Assembly: GCA_004764695.1 (NCBI GenBank) | Contig: SMSO01000031.1 | Location: forward strand, 2,456,436 to 2,520,435 | Direction of reading: 5' to 3' | Source of the DNA: Schizochytrium sp. TIO01 | Lineage: Eukaryota; Protista; Bigyra: Labyrinthulomycetes | Length of the DNA: 64,000 nucleotides | Shown: piece after piece, positions 44,680-59,300 of the stretch | Layout of the letters: each line of letters opens with the position of its first letter | Numbering within the stretch: the stretch's first letter is position 1 | Notes under the pieces: model-generated | The model's input: the letters and a program-made list of their open reading frames with translations, nothing else | What the model was told of the DNA's origin: nothing | Databases searched by the model: none | Position numbers and translations under genes: made by a program

Positions 44680-47600
44680 GTTAGCCAGAGGCGGCTCTTT
44701 AAAGGTATCCGAGCAGAGGAGAACCGAAGAAGATAGCACTTGCCAACCCCAGGGTTGCGTTTCCTTCCCCCATAGCACTATTTCGAGTTTTTTGTTTGAG
44801 CGAGTAAGAGATGCCGGTAAGACAAATGATTATTTTGGAATCGCACGAATTAGGGTCCATCAAGTACAGTTTTAGACTTTCTAGCTGTCTCATCCCCTGC
44901 TCTACCGTAAACCATAGGACTGGAGAAAGTGATCTGCTTACCTTCTTCTTGCATGTGCGTGTCCCCACTGCTGCTACAGCGCGCGCCTTAATAGTAGTAG
45001 GTACCTAGCTACCTACAGACCTACCTCTTATATCTTTAGCTTGCTTTGTCTTCCGTGCTGGCGTCTTTCTGAAGACAAAACTTCATGGTTCCCTGCGACG
45101 ATTGTGCTCTAAAACACGCCTTAAGGAACCAGGCGAACGAGAAAAGACTGCGTAGTCCTGTGCAAAGAAAAGACTTGTGACAGCATCGATCTTGCACCAT
45201 CGTCAGTGTCATGGCACCTCGCGCGAGCAAGCAACCGCTCGGAAATTGCTCGTAGCCTCACCCAAACGTCGAGCCTTGCGGAACCTCTTCTGCGAGCAGT
45301 TTGGCGTACGAACGAGAGGCAGCTCAGCCTTGATCCACAACTTTCTGATGACAAGCACTTACTCCCTATTATCTCTAAGAGCAAGGTGTGCACCCCCATA
45401 AACTCTTCTGTGTAATTCCGGCTGGCTACCTACTTAGCTATATATGTATGTATGTATGTGCTACTTCAGTTTTTTTAGTTTTTGTTTTTTTTTAATTGAT
45501 TTAAACGAATATTATAGAGTTAAAAATAAAATTAGGCAGGTATGATAGCAGTGAGTCTTCTGTAAGATATCGAAACTAAGAACCAGCAGGAGTTTGATTT
45601 GCACAGAAAAGGTGTCTTTGAGTTTCCTACTTTACTCAGCATCAGCACTGGCTGTTCGGAAGCAAGTTCGCTGCTGACGGTTCACGAGGATCTTTCGGCT
45701 GATCAATAATGCTTTTACAGTATGTACTTGTCAAAGCGGCTCCACTTGAATCCATTTCAAGGTGGCTTTTGGGCGGCTTGAAAAGATCGCCTCATGATGC
45801 TGATGCTGCATTGTGTCCAATAAGCCAAGTTGGTGGCCTGCTGGCCATGCAAATGCTGAAAGTTTCGTCGAGAGCATAGTATCACTAACAAAAATAAAAT
45901 TCAAAACAACATACATAGTTGGCCTCTACACACAGAGATCGAACTCTTCGAAGCAGCCAGACTTCACTCCAAGATGTGTGCTCGCCCAGAACACTGGTAT
46001 CCTACCACTACAACTCAAGGAAGAGAGAAAGGCACGCAGGCAACCTTCCTAGGTACTGATATGGTTTCCCGCTGCTCCTACTGCTGCTCTTCTGCGCAGT
46101 CCTCACGATAGAAGCCGCCGCTGTGGATGTTCCCGCGATGATGCTCCCAGCCTCACAAGTCCACAATAATAGGAACGGCGCTGCCAGAGCTGCTGCCTCC
46201 ATATTGCAAATAACACATCGGTTCTTGCAGAACGATGGTCGCCCATGCTTAACTCCAGTAATGAACCATCACGAATCGCGATCGACTGTGTTTCCCTTTG
46301 CTTCGCCGTAATACGATGCTCTCATCTGTTTCATTTTTCAGATACCTACTTCTTACTTACCTACTTACTTACTTACTTACTTACCTACTTACTTGCTAGT
46401 CACGATTTGTAAGCAACAAGCGCGAGGTCGAAGCCGAAGAGGTGTGTACGCGCGAGTAGAAAAGGAGTAAGAGAGTGCGCGAGCGAGCGAGCGAGTGGGT
46501 GCGTGAGTGAGTGAATCAGCGCCTCGGAGCTCGCCAAGTTGAAGTCGCCCTGCTCAGCTCAGAAAGCAGCCAACTCAACTCAGCTCAGCTCAGCTCAGCT
46601 CAGCTCAACCCAACTCGCTGCCGGACTCTCGCACGAAGCCGAGGCCTTCCTTCACCTGGAAGCTCTTCGCCACTTTGTTGCGTGTGGTCCTGTGCTCTCG
46701 CTGACAAAACGAGCAGGAGCACCCCGCGAATGGCACTCCGCATGTAGGCTCGACAGACCCCGGGTGTATCTAATGAATGAATGGGTAGCACGGCTAGCTA
46801 GCTATCTATAGCTGTTCGAAAAGGCGGCAGAACAGCTGTAGTTGCTGCAACTCATGCTACTTTGTTTTAGAATTATTCTGTCTGTCATGAATATCTCTTC
46901 TCTTCTCTTCTCTTTTTCTCCGACTTTGGTCTTCTGGCAAAGAAACTACTGCTAGAGCAGGCAGGATATGGCTTCAAAGCACGGAAAGCAGGAACGACTT
47001 GGAGCACTCTGGCACTCTGGCCAATCGATTCTTTGCGGTGCAGAATCCATCTGCTTGGGTTTGGAACGGCTTAGTTGCGGCTCACAGTAGCCATCTAGCG
47101 GAGTATGGGATAACGGCAATGGCCCAGTGCCGGAGACTCCGGGCCCAAAGGAAGGAAGGCTGCAAGGTAGAGCTTTCACTCTTTGACTAGTGGGCTACCT
47201 AGTACTCATTGCTAGTTAATCTCTCAAAGTCAATGTGGAACTGAGCGAGTGATCTTTCACTATGCTGAGCGGCAAGTATCAGTGCGAGATATTTGCAGTG
47301 CAGTGCCTATTGGCATACTTCTGTGTTTCGAAAGGGAAATTGAGAGTTTTGATTGTTCGATGAATTTTTTGGTTTTGATTATTCTACAAAATATAGTTTT
47401 TATCGATATTATTTATTTTATTAAGAATAAAATAAATTTGGAATAATGGGATTTTCAGAACATGCATGAATATTTTTTTCTTAAAGAAAAACTTTTTATA
47501 TAGTATTTCGGATATACTTTTTAAAGTATAACACTATTTTTCTTATTTCTTTTTAACATTGAAAGGACCGGCTGTTTCCGACACGTGTTTTGGTTTTCCC

Positions 47601-50600
47601 TTCAAAAATATTTTTAATGTTTAGAAACATCTTTCGCTCTGCAGGCACGGTTACTTAATCATGGGGCAAAAAGGAAAACGAGGTACGAGCAGGTAGTGCA
47701 CAGGGCCTCCTACCATGTCTCGTTCTTGTAGGTGCCAACGCCAAAGACTTCGTGTTTCAAGAGTTGAATAATTTATAAAGTGTCGAGGTAGGTTGACAGG
47801 TTTGACAACTCCGATATGTGTGAAGACAGGAACCAAGCGGAAAGCCGCCTCGCGCAAAGACCGTGCTGACCTCTTGGTAGAAAGGCCCAGCTACAGAATA
47901 GTATTTGCTTCTGCCTATTAACACACCATTTTGATGAACCGCAAAAGCAGCATTCATCCAGTTCCCTCAACAGTAGTATAGTATGTTCTACCAGTATGCT
48001 GTTATGCTAATTTATTGTCTTGTCTTGTCTTATCTTGTCTTGTTAGGCAGTAAATTGGAGTCAGCACACTTGGATCACTTTCTTCCACTACTCCAGTTTA
48101 CATTGTTCTGCCGCTTTCCAATCAATACGCCCTGAACATGAGGTTTCTAACATGGCATGCATTCACAACGCAGTTATCTTAATTTCTTAATTCATCACAG
48201 TCTCGTGGAGGGTCCTAGTAATGTTTATACACCTACTCGGAAATATATGTGTCCTTTCTTCATCTGTCTGACACGCAATTAAGGCAAAATCAAGCTCCAG
48301 GACAAGAAACATGTTGGCACTCTACACAATACTTGTGCAGCATTGTAAATCACATTTGCCAAAAACTTACAATTTGGTATAAATTCTTTTGGTAAAATTA
48401 CTTTGAAGAACCATTATTTTTCTCAAAAATGTAGCTAATGGTACCTCGGATGCAAATTCTAAAACTTTCGCAGATCGTATTAACAAAGAAGTAATTAAAA
48501 TTTGAATCAGCCTAAGACTGATATATTAAATCACCCTCCGAATTTTAGTTATCAACACCACTCCAGCTCGTAGCTAGGTAATTAACCTCACGACGTTTCT
48601 TGCAATTCTTAACACACAAAGTCCATTTCACTATACCGTTCACTAAAGGCAGCGAAAAGAAGTCGCATTCACAGGACATTTAGATTGTCCTTTTCTTTTT
48701 AAAATTTATCAAGTAAAATTGTCAAAGGGAAGAACATCCAAGAATCAATCACTCAGCTTTAAAAGAAAGCTATAAGAAACAATAAGCCAACATTTCATAT
48801 TGTTGGAATTTACTCAACAAAGAAATGGTGATAGATGTGATCATCTGCTAACAAAAATGATGCGGCTAGCAAATAACAAATGAATCACTCTTAATTTTCA
48901 CAGTTCACATTTCTTGCACTTGTTGTTTGATCCACTCAATTCTTAGCTACACATCCTCCACCAAACCAGAGAGAGTTCAACAATTTTTCCTCGAACTTTG
49001 GACACCGCCACGAAAAAAACATCTCCACTCGCCACCGTCGCGGCTTCTCCACTTCCATTTTTTTAAATATAAGTCCCCTTCAGCAATCCAGTTAATGTTT
49101 CTGACTCCCATTTATTGGTGCCAAAGCGGTCTTCTCTCAAATTCCCCGAAATCCCATTCATCCGCCAAATCTGAACTCCAAATCCCTTGTATCGTCAACG
49201 CTAGCCTTGGAAATCCAAAGCCTAACATTCCTAAAACACTGCCTAGGAAGGCTTAGAAGCGGCTCTTCTGACTCCTCAGTTTACTCATAGTAGTGCTCAC
49301 ACGAGAGAGGGAGCCTAGCCTAAAGGTTAGCTGGCCCTTAAGGTTCCCTCGCCTGCTCGTTGACACTTCAAACTTGCTCGGACTGGGTGTGATTGCTCAC
49401 GCCCAGGAACTGCAGCCAACCTTGCTTGCTTAAACTCCAAGTCCGCGGCACGAGTGCACGAGCGAGCGGGTAAGCGGCATCCCAGCGTCTGCTAGGCCTG
49501 CTCGGACCGCTGTCGCGAGCCCCATCGCTGCTGCCGTGAGAACGGACGACCGACAGCACGTTCACGCGCCGAGCCACAGCGTTCCGCCTCGTTAGACTTG
49601 TCGCTTTATACCTTTCAAGCAGAGCTCGCAGGCAACTCCAAGGCCTCAGGAACGGTTTGTGATGTCTTTGCCATTGGGGCGAGAACTAGATAGGTAGTAG
49701 GTGCAAGAGCGGTGGGGAAAGAAGGTGATTGGTTCTGTGAGGGCAGATAATATGGTGCGGAAAGTGGCACGTTCAGTCGCTGCACAAGGAGATAAAACAA
49801 AAGCACGCGAGGCAGAAGCGTGCTTCCTTGTACTTATTAATTTATTGATTGATTTCTTGATTTCTTGATTTCTTGATACCCAGTGTGTCGCAGCACTTTT
49901 TTCTTTTAGTCTTTTTTCAATAAAGTAAAAACTTTATCTCGCTGTCTCCTATTTTTAAAAGTGGATTATTATTTTGTTGTTTACACTGTTTTAATATAAA
50001 AAGAAGTTTAGTTTAAAGTAAAAAGCTTTGAATGTAAATAAAGTTTGGCTTTGCCTTGCATCGTCAATCTTTTTTTTTTTTTTAATGAATACTGAATATT
50101 ACATACATAATAAATACTGATTGCACTTTATTTTATTTTATTATTTTTTATTTCTTTCGTTGTGCTTATGATTGCAATTACTTCAAATATACTTTTCTCT
50201 TTCGTTTTCTGAGATATTTATAAGAGTTTTGTTGAGAGTTTCCAAGTTGGTACGTTTTCCGAACTGTTGAAAAATCGAAAGCAGCGAAAGAAATAGCATT
50301 GGACGTCATAATAAATCTTGGCACTGTAGGAGTGTCCAATTGTGGCTAAAGCAAAATATCACTGCGCCGTTTTCTTGCTCTCATCCAAATCAAGCATAAG
50401 TAAGACATCAAAGACTGAGAATTGATCTCCTGAGCTGTTGAGGGCCGCTGGAATCGGATATGGTTCATTAACTGTTTGGGCATGAGAACTCTGTGTAAGA
50501 ATTTATTTATCGCGCTTTCGTTTCAGAATCACGGCTGTCTGTTCTGTTTGTTAATCTGTGTCTCCTTCGTTGACTAGACTGAATGTTTACTAAACCTCCT

Positions 50601-52390
50601 TGAAAAGAGAAACGTAGGTCCCTAGTCATAATACTAGTAGCGCTTTCTTTCTTTCCTTCTTTTGTTGATGTCATTTTATATGAAAAATAGCAGCGGCAAA
50701 AAGAATAAACCGATGGTACACGCTGCTCTTAGCCACTTGCGCCGGTCCTTTGACTGCCTGCTGAAGCCTTTCAGCATCGCGATTGTGCAGTTCAGATCGC
50801 TTCTGAATAAAAGACTGGAAACTCCGACGTGGTACTACGTACTGCATGTTTTTCTCTTGTTTTCTTGGATTCTCTGTATCTTTCTTTCAAACGAACAATA
50901 ATCTCATCCCTAATAATCTAAGAAAATGATAATCTGACCATGTAATCGACGCCGCGACGAGTGAAAGAAAGCTTGTGGATGCAGTGATAGGTAGCGACTT
51001 AAACACCAGCAATGCTCTCGCTCAAAATCCCAGTGAACCCGAACTTCTTTGCTGCTGAAGGATTGCTTTTCGAATTATCATGGCATTTTAATAGTCGTAC
51101 CTGATGATGGCAAGAAGGAGCGGAAGCGAGGAACTACGTAGCGGTACTAATAACCCCTGCTGAATAATAATATTAATAATAATATCAATAATAATAATAA
51201 AAGAAACTCGCTCTTGATAGCTAATACATATACAGCACGACACCTCGAAAGAACCATGGCTTGTTAATTCCTGAAGGGCAGGCAAGCCCAAGACCGCGAG
51301 GAACCGGCAACTGGAAGAGAGCAGAACCGACGCAACTGCTCGCAGCACCTGCCTGATGATCTATCTTTCAGTTGAAGAAGAAGCCGCTTGAAAGCAGGCG
51401 GAAGCCGGGCGCGGGGCCAACGGCAGTTCTTTTGAGAGCAGTCAGAGCGAGGCAGCGAGTAGGACTGCTCTTGCTCGAAAGATGGGAAACAGAAGGGCGG
51501 GCACTTGCTTCTTTCTTTGTTTTTTTTAAATTTAAGTGATAGTAGTAGTCGGTTGATAGTACGTCGGTAGAAGGTTGTAGAAATTGAGATCCTCTGGTCG
51601 TTCATGCTGCATGAGAAGAAAAGAGGAACTGATTCCATTACAGATTCTTCACAGCGAAATGAATGAAAGAAATGGACGCTGTGGATTTCAGGGGATTTTG
51701 AAATTAGAGAGGCTGCCGTTGAGGTGATGGTTTACGAATTTCCAGTGGAGGAATCGGTGGACTTTGCACGGCGGGAAGATCGAGCTCCTGGATGGGTGCT
51801 AGTGGCTGGGCAGAGTGTGCGAAATGCCTGCTCGTTTGCTGTCGAAAGGCGTGGCGAATTGTCCATCATCACGGCTGACGGAAGAAGTGCCTGAAGTGGT
51901 ACATCCGTATGTATGTATGTATGATTGTATGTATGTATTTCTCTATATTCCTCTCGAGAACGAATTGCACCGAGAAAGGGAAACGGCACAATGATGTGAC
52001 AACTATCACTCATTCATTCATTCATTCATTCATTCATTCATTTATTCATTCATTCATTCATTCATTCATTCATTCATTCACTCATTCACTCATTCACTTC
52101 TTTTCCCAAGATCTGAAGGACTTTCTTTCTCTCTCGAGTCCATGCGAACCCACGAACTCGGTAGCGGCTAAAGTGAAGAGCGTCAAGCTCTGAGGCGAAT
52201 AGAATTAGTACCGCAGAATCAACTGATCCTCGAGCACGTTTCGTCGGTGGTTTGCATAGAGTTCAATCTTCAACGATGGAGGCGTTCAATGGGAGTAATT
52301 CTTGCGCGAAAGAGACGAGGTCGAAATGAATGAAAACACTTCGCAGCCCAATCTGCTCGCGCCTCTGAACCCATTAGACAGAGACTAAGA
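44680..52390. pseudogene. Alternating decayed TPR and LRR tiles (approximate): TPR+ 44680-45400, LRR+ 45560-46000, TPR+ 46950-47190, LRR+ 47700-48960, TPR- 49270-49620, LRR+ 50200-50950, TPR+ 51260-51500, LRR+ 51680-52390
   Basis: TPR pieces: LAEPLLRAVWRTNERQLSLDP, FKARK/ERLG/EHSGTL, AAYPLARAL, GNWKRAEP. LRR pieces: QEFDLHRKGVFEFP, DFVFQELNNL, MMRLANNK, VESFQVGTFSEL, LWLKQN, VKSVKL/ANRIS, EAFNG. Confidence 0.5.
52007..52097 (+). repeat. (CATT)n microsatellite, imperfect
   Basis: Read directly from the sequence. Confidence 0.95.
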
Positions 52391-52508
52391 CTAAGACAAA
52401 GACAAACAGTCACGATCATCATCACGGCGAGTAAGCAAGCTTCCGCACGAGGCCTCCCTCAATTAATTGCAAAGCACGGCATTTCTCAAAGGCGACTTCA
52501 GCAGATCT

Positions 52509-52642
52509 ATACATACATACATACATACATACATACATACATACATACATACATACATACATACATACATACATACATACATACATACATACATACATAC
52601 ATACATACATACATACATACATACATACATACATACATACAT
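52509..52642 (+). repeat. (ATAC)n microsatellite, about 33 units
   Basis: Read directly from the sequence. Confidence 0.97.
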
Positions 52643-52729
52643 CCATACATATGGAGATGACAATTCATACATTTATGCATACATTCATTCATTCATACAT
52701 TCATGCGCACTGCCTCTGTAGCGGCAGGA

Positions 52730-53423
52730 AACGAGCCGCCGCGAACGAAGCTCGAAAGGGCTGAGGGATGCTCGAAACTCCACGGAGGCGGGCTCCCAAA
52801 GCTTGAAGGAGGACGAGGAGACGAGGAGGAGACGCCGACGAGGAGGAAACACCAGAAAGAAGGCTAGCTGGCTGGCTGCAGGGAAACCTGCGAAACGTGC
52901 AGAAAGGTCTCCTCGAAAGCTGGGCTCCCTCCCTCCCTGCCTGCTTCCTTGCCTGAAACAGCTCCCGGCAGGCAGCTGCAGCGGCAGCAGGACCACGACG
53001 ACCAGGCGGAGAGGAGCAGAACAGTCACAGCAGAGCGGAGGACAGACACGGATGAGGCGGCGCGACGCGGTACGAGGCGCTCAGTCAGGGATGCAGGGAT
53101 GAAGCAAGTCGAAAGCGCTGGAGATGACGCGTGATAGATAGATATCCACGTGCTGCCGCCTCGCTCTGTTTGTTCGCCTTGGTCAACTAGCACGGGTTCC
53201 TCTTCGTGATTCCATAGTAGTGGAGGGAACCAGAGAACCGTCGCACAGACTAGTCAGTGCCGGTGCGGGGTCGTCCGGAGCTGCTCGCGCGACCTGCACA
53301 AGGTGCAGTTCGGCACCAAGAGGCGTCGAAGCCGCTCCGCACGAATCTATGATCAGGCGATGAGTCCTCAGTTATTCCCAAGAGGGCTCTTGAGTTGATT
53401 GAAATTCCTCGATCTTAGGTCGC

Positions 53424-53456
<33 letters not shown>

Positions 53457-56400
53457 TAAAACTTTCGAGTTATCAAAATGATGGAAAAACTAAAAATAGC
53501 CTGACTGAGAAATGAATTGATTGAAAACTTTCGTAATATAGCCTTCTTTTCTTTTCTTTTACTACCTTAAGTAGCCTCTTCTCATTGATCGTAAAACCCC
53601 CCGGAAGTCAGAACTTCGATAGAGCCTTTGGCCCTTCAAAGCTCGCTGAAGCAAGCTCCTAAGTTGAGTCACAGGGGAATAAACAGAACAAGGTGCGAAC
53701 TTGAGCTCGCGCCGGCGTCTCCTTGATCGGCTTCGGTCTGCTCGCCGCTGCTCGCGCCTGTGTAGGTCTCACCCTATTGCAGCGGTCTTGGCAGGAAGGC
53801 TCGCTCGCGCGCCCGCTCTCGCGGATCCCCAAGCGTTCCATACCGGTTCCGTAGCATAGCGCCACCTACCGCTCGCCTAGCGCACCCTGTGCGGCTCGCT
53901 TTGCTTCTACGAGCAGGCACGAGGACAGGAAAAGGAGGATATCGCGAGAAGCCTACCTACTAAGAATTTGTCTTTCTGCGCACGCCTCGGCCGCCATGGC
54001 CTTTTTTTTTCTTGGCAGCATGCGCTGCTTGTGTAGGTGCGTTTCTGGCCGCCGGAGTTGACTTCACGGTTCGCTGCGGTCCCTGTAGCCTCCCACACTA
54101 TCTAGCACGATCGTTCCGAAGGGTTCCTCTGCGGGAGGGAAAGGACCCGTCTGCTAGGAGAGAGGAAGTTGAAGAGAGAAAGCGGAGAGAGGAGAGAACA
54201 CACAGTCTTGACTGCATGAGCCCACTGCTAGAGCTTTAGGATAGGTGAAGGATAGCAGTGGAGGGAGTGTTTTCATTCTTGCCCTGGATTGCTTGAGTAG
54301 TGTAGCCTTAGTGTTTGTTTTGTTTCCCTGTTCTCTTCCCGTGCTTCTGACTGACTGATGATAGATAGCAGTAGAAGCAGATCACTGCGAGAGGACCACT
54401 AGAGTAGGCGGTATAGTATCTGCCTAGGACTATTTGAATTGGAGAGATTTGAGAGAAGGGCCATTGAGCTACTGACTGACTGGGATAGAAAATCATTTCG
54501 AAGAGTGTTGCTTGAGCTCTTTCGAAAGGATCTCGAGCGAGCTTGCTCAAGACGTTTCAGGTACCCTTCTTGGAGGTCAAGGTGGCGCGAGCGACGATTT
54601 GGCTCGAGGCAAACTGCCAGCGCCGTTCTCGCTGTAGTTGGGTGGTTGGTTCTCTTGGTGCTTTTGCAGTGCTTTTGCAAGATCTAAGAAGAGAGGGAAC
54701 GGCCTCCACTGCGCGTGTTTTAAGCGGATTCAGATTTTGCGAGCGTGCCCATTATAGGCGGCGAAATGAATGAAAGAAGTGAGTGAGTTGAGTGGCGAGA
54801 AGGAGGTACTTGTCCACTTCCTCAGCTTTCGAGCTTGGGCCTATCCATCTATCTATTTTTCAACATATCTATAAAAAAATACTGGGCGAGGCTGCCTATC
54901 CAAATCAATTTGCAAAGCCGGTCCCTCATTTGGTAAGGGGAAAGAAACAAATGTTAGCGCTTTGAAAATTAGAACTTCAAAGGAGGAAGTCCCAGGCAAA
55001 TTGCAGATAATTAACTAACACCGATAGAAACGGTCAGAAGCTAACTTGCGGCTTCCCTAAGTACTCTGGCGCACAGGGAGGAAGTGAAACGCGGCGACAC
55101 TTGTGGGTTGACATGGTTTCGCCTCGGCTTGTCCTCGGCTCGTCCTCCATGCTAGTTCTGCCTCTGCCTCCACAGGCAGTAAATCCTTGATTCTTTAAAG
55201 AGCTATTTTTATATTCTAAAATCGCCTTTTTTATTTATTTTAATTATAAAAAGTGTGAAACCGAGTTAATTGATTAATTTCAACTTTTAAACGTTTTTTA
55301 TTTTATTTTATTTTATTTTATTATTTTTATTTTTATTTTTATTTTTATTTTTAAAAAAGTATAAAAATTGCTTTAGAACATAAAAATATTATTATTAATA
55401 ATAATGTTGATACTCCTACAATTTCATTATTTTAGTAGTCCAGAAGAAGAACTACTGATTAATTTCATTGCTTACAAAACAAAACAAAACAAAACAAAAC
55501 AAAACAAAACAAAACAAAACAAAACAAAACAAAACAAAACAAAACAAAACAAAACAAAACAAAACAAAACAAAACAAAACAAAACAAAACAAAACAAAAC
55601 AAAACAAAACAAAACAAAACAAAACAAAACAAAACAAAACAAAACAAAACAAAACAAAACAAAACAACACAACACAACACAACACAACACAACACAACAC
55701 AACACAACACAACACTTTCTCTAAAATAGTTTCTATTCCATTTTGTCGATTCGTAATTAAAAATACAGAGAATAATAAAAGAAAGATCACAGCATTCAAA
55801 AACTCCGTTTCAAATAAATACATCTTTCTCCTCAGCTCCTTTCGCATAACAACTATGAGCCTGGGCTTGCCAAGTCCTTGCCTCCCTGTGCATGGTACTA
55901 CTAGCTACCTCCTACCCAGGCAGGTAGGTAGGTCTCTGCCGCAAGGGATAAATGAATGAATGAATGAATGAATGAATGACTGAATGTGAATGCAAGAAGC
56001 AAAGCCGGCGCCATGAGCGGACAAGAGATCTTCTTCTCCTCGCAGTCTGCTCGCGCACTCGCTGCTCGTGCCAACAGCGGTTCCCGATCCGCAAGAGAGC
56101 GGGCACACGCCGACCCTACGAGCAGCCACGAGCAGCTGCGAGCAGCGGCACCCAAGCCGGCGCCGGCGAGCGCTCCGTGTCTTCTGCCGTGCAGCGCCGC
56201 CGCCGTCGGTGAAGTCAACGAGACTTTTCTGTGCGCACTCTTGGGGAGGCTCCCGGGACCACCAAGACGAAGAGATAGGTAGATAAAGAGACAGACAGAT
56301 AGACACGTAGATACAGAGGGATCGATGGATCGATGAATGAACGAGAAAGAGAGGAGCAAAGCAGAGCAAAGCAGAGAGAAAGGCGACTGCGGTGAAGCAG

Positions 56401-57260
56401 GTTGAGTTGATTGATCTCTTCTGCGAGGAGCGCGAGGACTTTGAAAATGTCGCAGCTGGGAAGAGGGATCATCGCTCACGAGCAAGCTCAGCGAAGGATC
56501 GATCGATTCGATGGGATTCATTCGGGATGGCGATGGACGAATCTCGGAGACACGTATCGAACGGATGAATGAATATGCTATGAATGCTCTTTGGGCGAAA
56601 AGAAATGCAGGAATTAGCAGGCCTTGAAGTTGGCCGAATCCGACCCACGAACCTCATGCGAATATGCGAATTGAGGACGACACAGCAATTAATCAATCAA
56701 AATCTATCTATCTATCTATCTATCTATCAATGACAGCCAACCCACTCTTGACGAAAGAGCACGCCAGTCAAGCTAAACAAAGCCATCGCGGCTCGCACTG
56801 CGAAATGGCGTCCAAGGAGGCACCAAGTTGCTCATTCCAAAGAGTGGCTCAAGCTGGACGACTTGCTCGCTGATAGGAACGACCAGGTGCGAGCAGCTTC
56901 AGCTTCAGCTCTTGCTGTACCCTTCTCGTTGACCCGAAAGCAAAATCATCATCGCGACCGAATCGGTGAACCCACCGATGATTAATGAACTCAGACTCGC
57001 TGCTCAAACCTGAAGCCGAAGCTTTAATTGCATTGCACTGCATTGCATTCGCTCTCGCAGGCTCGACCAGGCAGCCAGCGAGCCATCCTTGAGAAACAGG
57101 CAAACAAAGAGGCGACCTCTCTTTGAAGCTTGTCCTGCGCCAGATTCGCGACGCCGCCTGCTTGGCGATGGGCCCCGCCGCCGTGAAGTAGACCTGGCTA
57201 GCCAGGAGCTAGCCAGCCGTAGTCCAGCCAGGCTGCCTCAGCCCGCGCGGAGGGGACAGA
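52730..57260 (+). pseudogene. Decayed TPR tiles interrupted by microsatellites
   Basis: GNLRNVQKGLLESW, RHQEASKPL, RSLREDH*..LFELERFERRAIELL (54376-54480), SAFELGPIHL, FRLGLS, LGEAPGT, PLFEAC..SRRRLLGDGP..ASQELAS (57089-57230). Confidence 0.5.
55476..55715 (+). repeat. Compound pentanucleotide microsatellite (AAAAC)38(AACAC)10
   Basis: AAAAC at 55476-55665, then AACAC at 55666-55715. Confidence 0.98.
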
Positions 57261-57569
57261 GAAACGAGGTCGCAGCAGATCGCAGGAGATGTGTATGTGA
57301 GTGAGTGTGTGTGCCGCAAGTGTGGCGCAACTCGCTCGACATCGCGGAACGTGCATAATATGGGTTCCCGCTCGAATTGCACGCGCGACTTCATGGCAGG
57401 GCGCACTTGAAGCGGCTTGGACGCAGCAGGATATCGCCGCCACCAAGATATAGATCATGCGTTGAAGGCTGCCTGCAGTCGAAGGCTTTGAAAGCTTAAT
57501 TGAGGAAAGCGGGTGAAACCTAGGCAGCTGGTACCTATCGAGACGGAGAGGCAGGCCTTTGAACGAAGG

Positions 57570-59300
57570 AGGAGTGGGTGGAAGATTAATGGGAGAATGA
57601 ACTTAGTTATGCTGGGAGGCTGATCTGGATATACCCCAACTAATCTCAAGATCAGCGATGGCGCTGCAGCAAACCAGCTCATGGAAAGAACGGTTTGCAG
57701 GAAACTGCAATCTTGGGACTACTAAATCGCAGGCGTGATCCAAATGGAGATTGCAAAGACGGCAATTTCAGAAAAGAATTACATGAAAGATACCTCTCCG
57801 CACTAGGTAGAAAGTTGGATACAGACTCCTGCGATCCACTGTCGCGCAGTTACAGTGATGAATGGATAACTGCGCCAGATATGGCGCTGGTGATTATTGG
57901 AGGTCCAGAAAGTAAGAGAATGGTAGAAGCTCTTGATCTCAATCAAAATTTCACCCACCTTAAATCGAAGTCCACTTCGAACCGAATAGCCGCCTCTGAA
58001 TGGAATGGACTACCAAAGGCGTCAGCAACGAAACCTTTCTCGCACGCAGACGTCGCCATCGCGTCTGCTCGTATACCAGGTACTCGGGGCAGACATAGAA
58101 GCAGCAGATGACTGTGCCACTTGGAACAGAAGAGAACTCCTCACAGAGAAAGCATCAGCGGTGCACACCTCTTTGGTGATTGCTTGCTTTTGAGAGACTA
58201 AGTGTGGGGACCCACCACTCTCAAGCGAAAAGACGGTCCTGAGCAGATGATCAAGCAATCTTTGGTCAGATGAGCTAGCCGCTCGTAGATCCATTGAGCC
58301 AGTCAGTGAGTCTATGCTAAGCAAGACGGAGTGCGGTGCGAGCCTGCGAAGGTGACGATGAGGACCAATGTCTAGCTAGTGTGGCCAGATGGTGTGCAAA
58401 ATAGTTGGATTTCGGTGGATTTGAGTGGCGAGAACCAGTTCTTTCAATTTCGCCATTTCCAGACAGTGATTGTGTGGAGTTATAGCGAGGATGCATCATC
58501 ATGATGACGATAGAACCAAATGGGAGAGCTGGTCTCATTAGGCTGACAAGGCTGCAGCCTGCCGACAGCAGATATTCCCGTCGTCAGAAAGTTTAGTAAT
58601 TACTGTCGTGGTGACCATCATCAGGTTGATAGCAGAAATCAGGAAAGAGTGATGAGCGACTTGAAGAAACAAATTATTTATTCGGCTGTTCAAGGTGGCT
58701 AGCAATATCGCAATCGCAAGATCTTTTTTTTACTTGAAGTTGGACCAGCAGCGCACACCTGGGCGGTGTGAGTTGGTCCTCCGTGATATTGGATAAATCA
58801 ACACGAACATCTTCAAGTGCTAGGAATCGCGCTATGGAGGCTACTCTGAAGAAGGAAAATAGACAACGGCAGTGTCCTCGCAGCCGACATCACTCAGGGT
58901 AGCACCAAGAATAATCGCACGAAATCGCGTAGGCTATATGAGCAGTTGCATCGAGATCATCGCTTGGGGTGTGCACAGAAATATAATTCATGTCTTAATT
59001 AGAGAATATGATTATTATTTTTAATTTAACATTTTTAATAAGTTTTTAATTTAAAAGTATATATATATTCTAAGTTTAAAATGTAATCAAACTTTCTTTC
59101 TTTTTAACATTTTAGCTTTTTAGCTTTTTTTAAACCTTCTATAACAATAAAAATAAATATTTAAAAACAGTAATAAATGTTTAAAATATACAAACGTTCC
59201 TCCGTCTTGGCTCTTCTTGGACAAGGTGATGAGGATGCTTTTCTTCAGGCTGCGCCTTGGGACCAAGTCTAATACTGCAGGAGTGATCGATCTGGAAAGG
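57570..59300 (+). pseudogene. Decayed ankyrin-repeat relic (approximate bounds)
   Basis: LVMLG/ADLDIP (57603-57636), LL..RDPNGDCKDG, LLVYQVLGADIEAADD (58065-58112), GDPPL, DAFLQAA. Confidence 0.5.

Noticed and set aside
47757-47970. LRR-like reading on the minus strand (LRELD.., SELSNLSTYL)
   Set aside because: The plus strand gives LRR motifs consistent with the neighbouring tiles, so the minus-strand match is treated as chance. It illustrates the false-positive risk of by-eye calls.
52422-55959. ORFs such as MYVCMYVC..., TKQNKTKQN... and LFCFVLFCF...
   Set aside because: These are translations of microsatellites.
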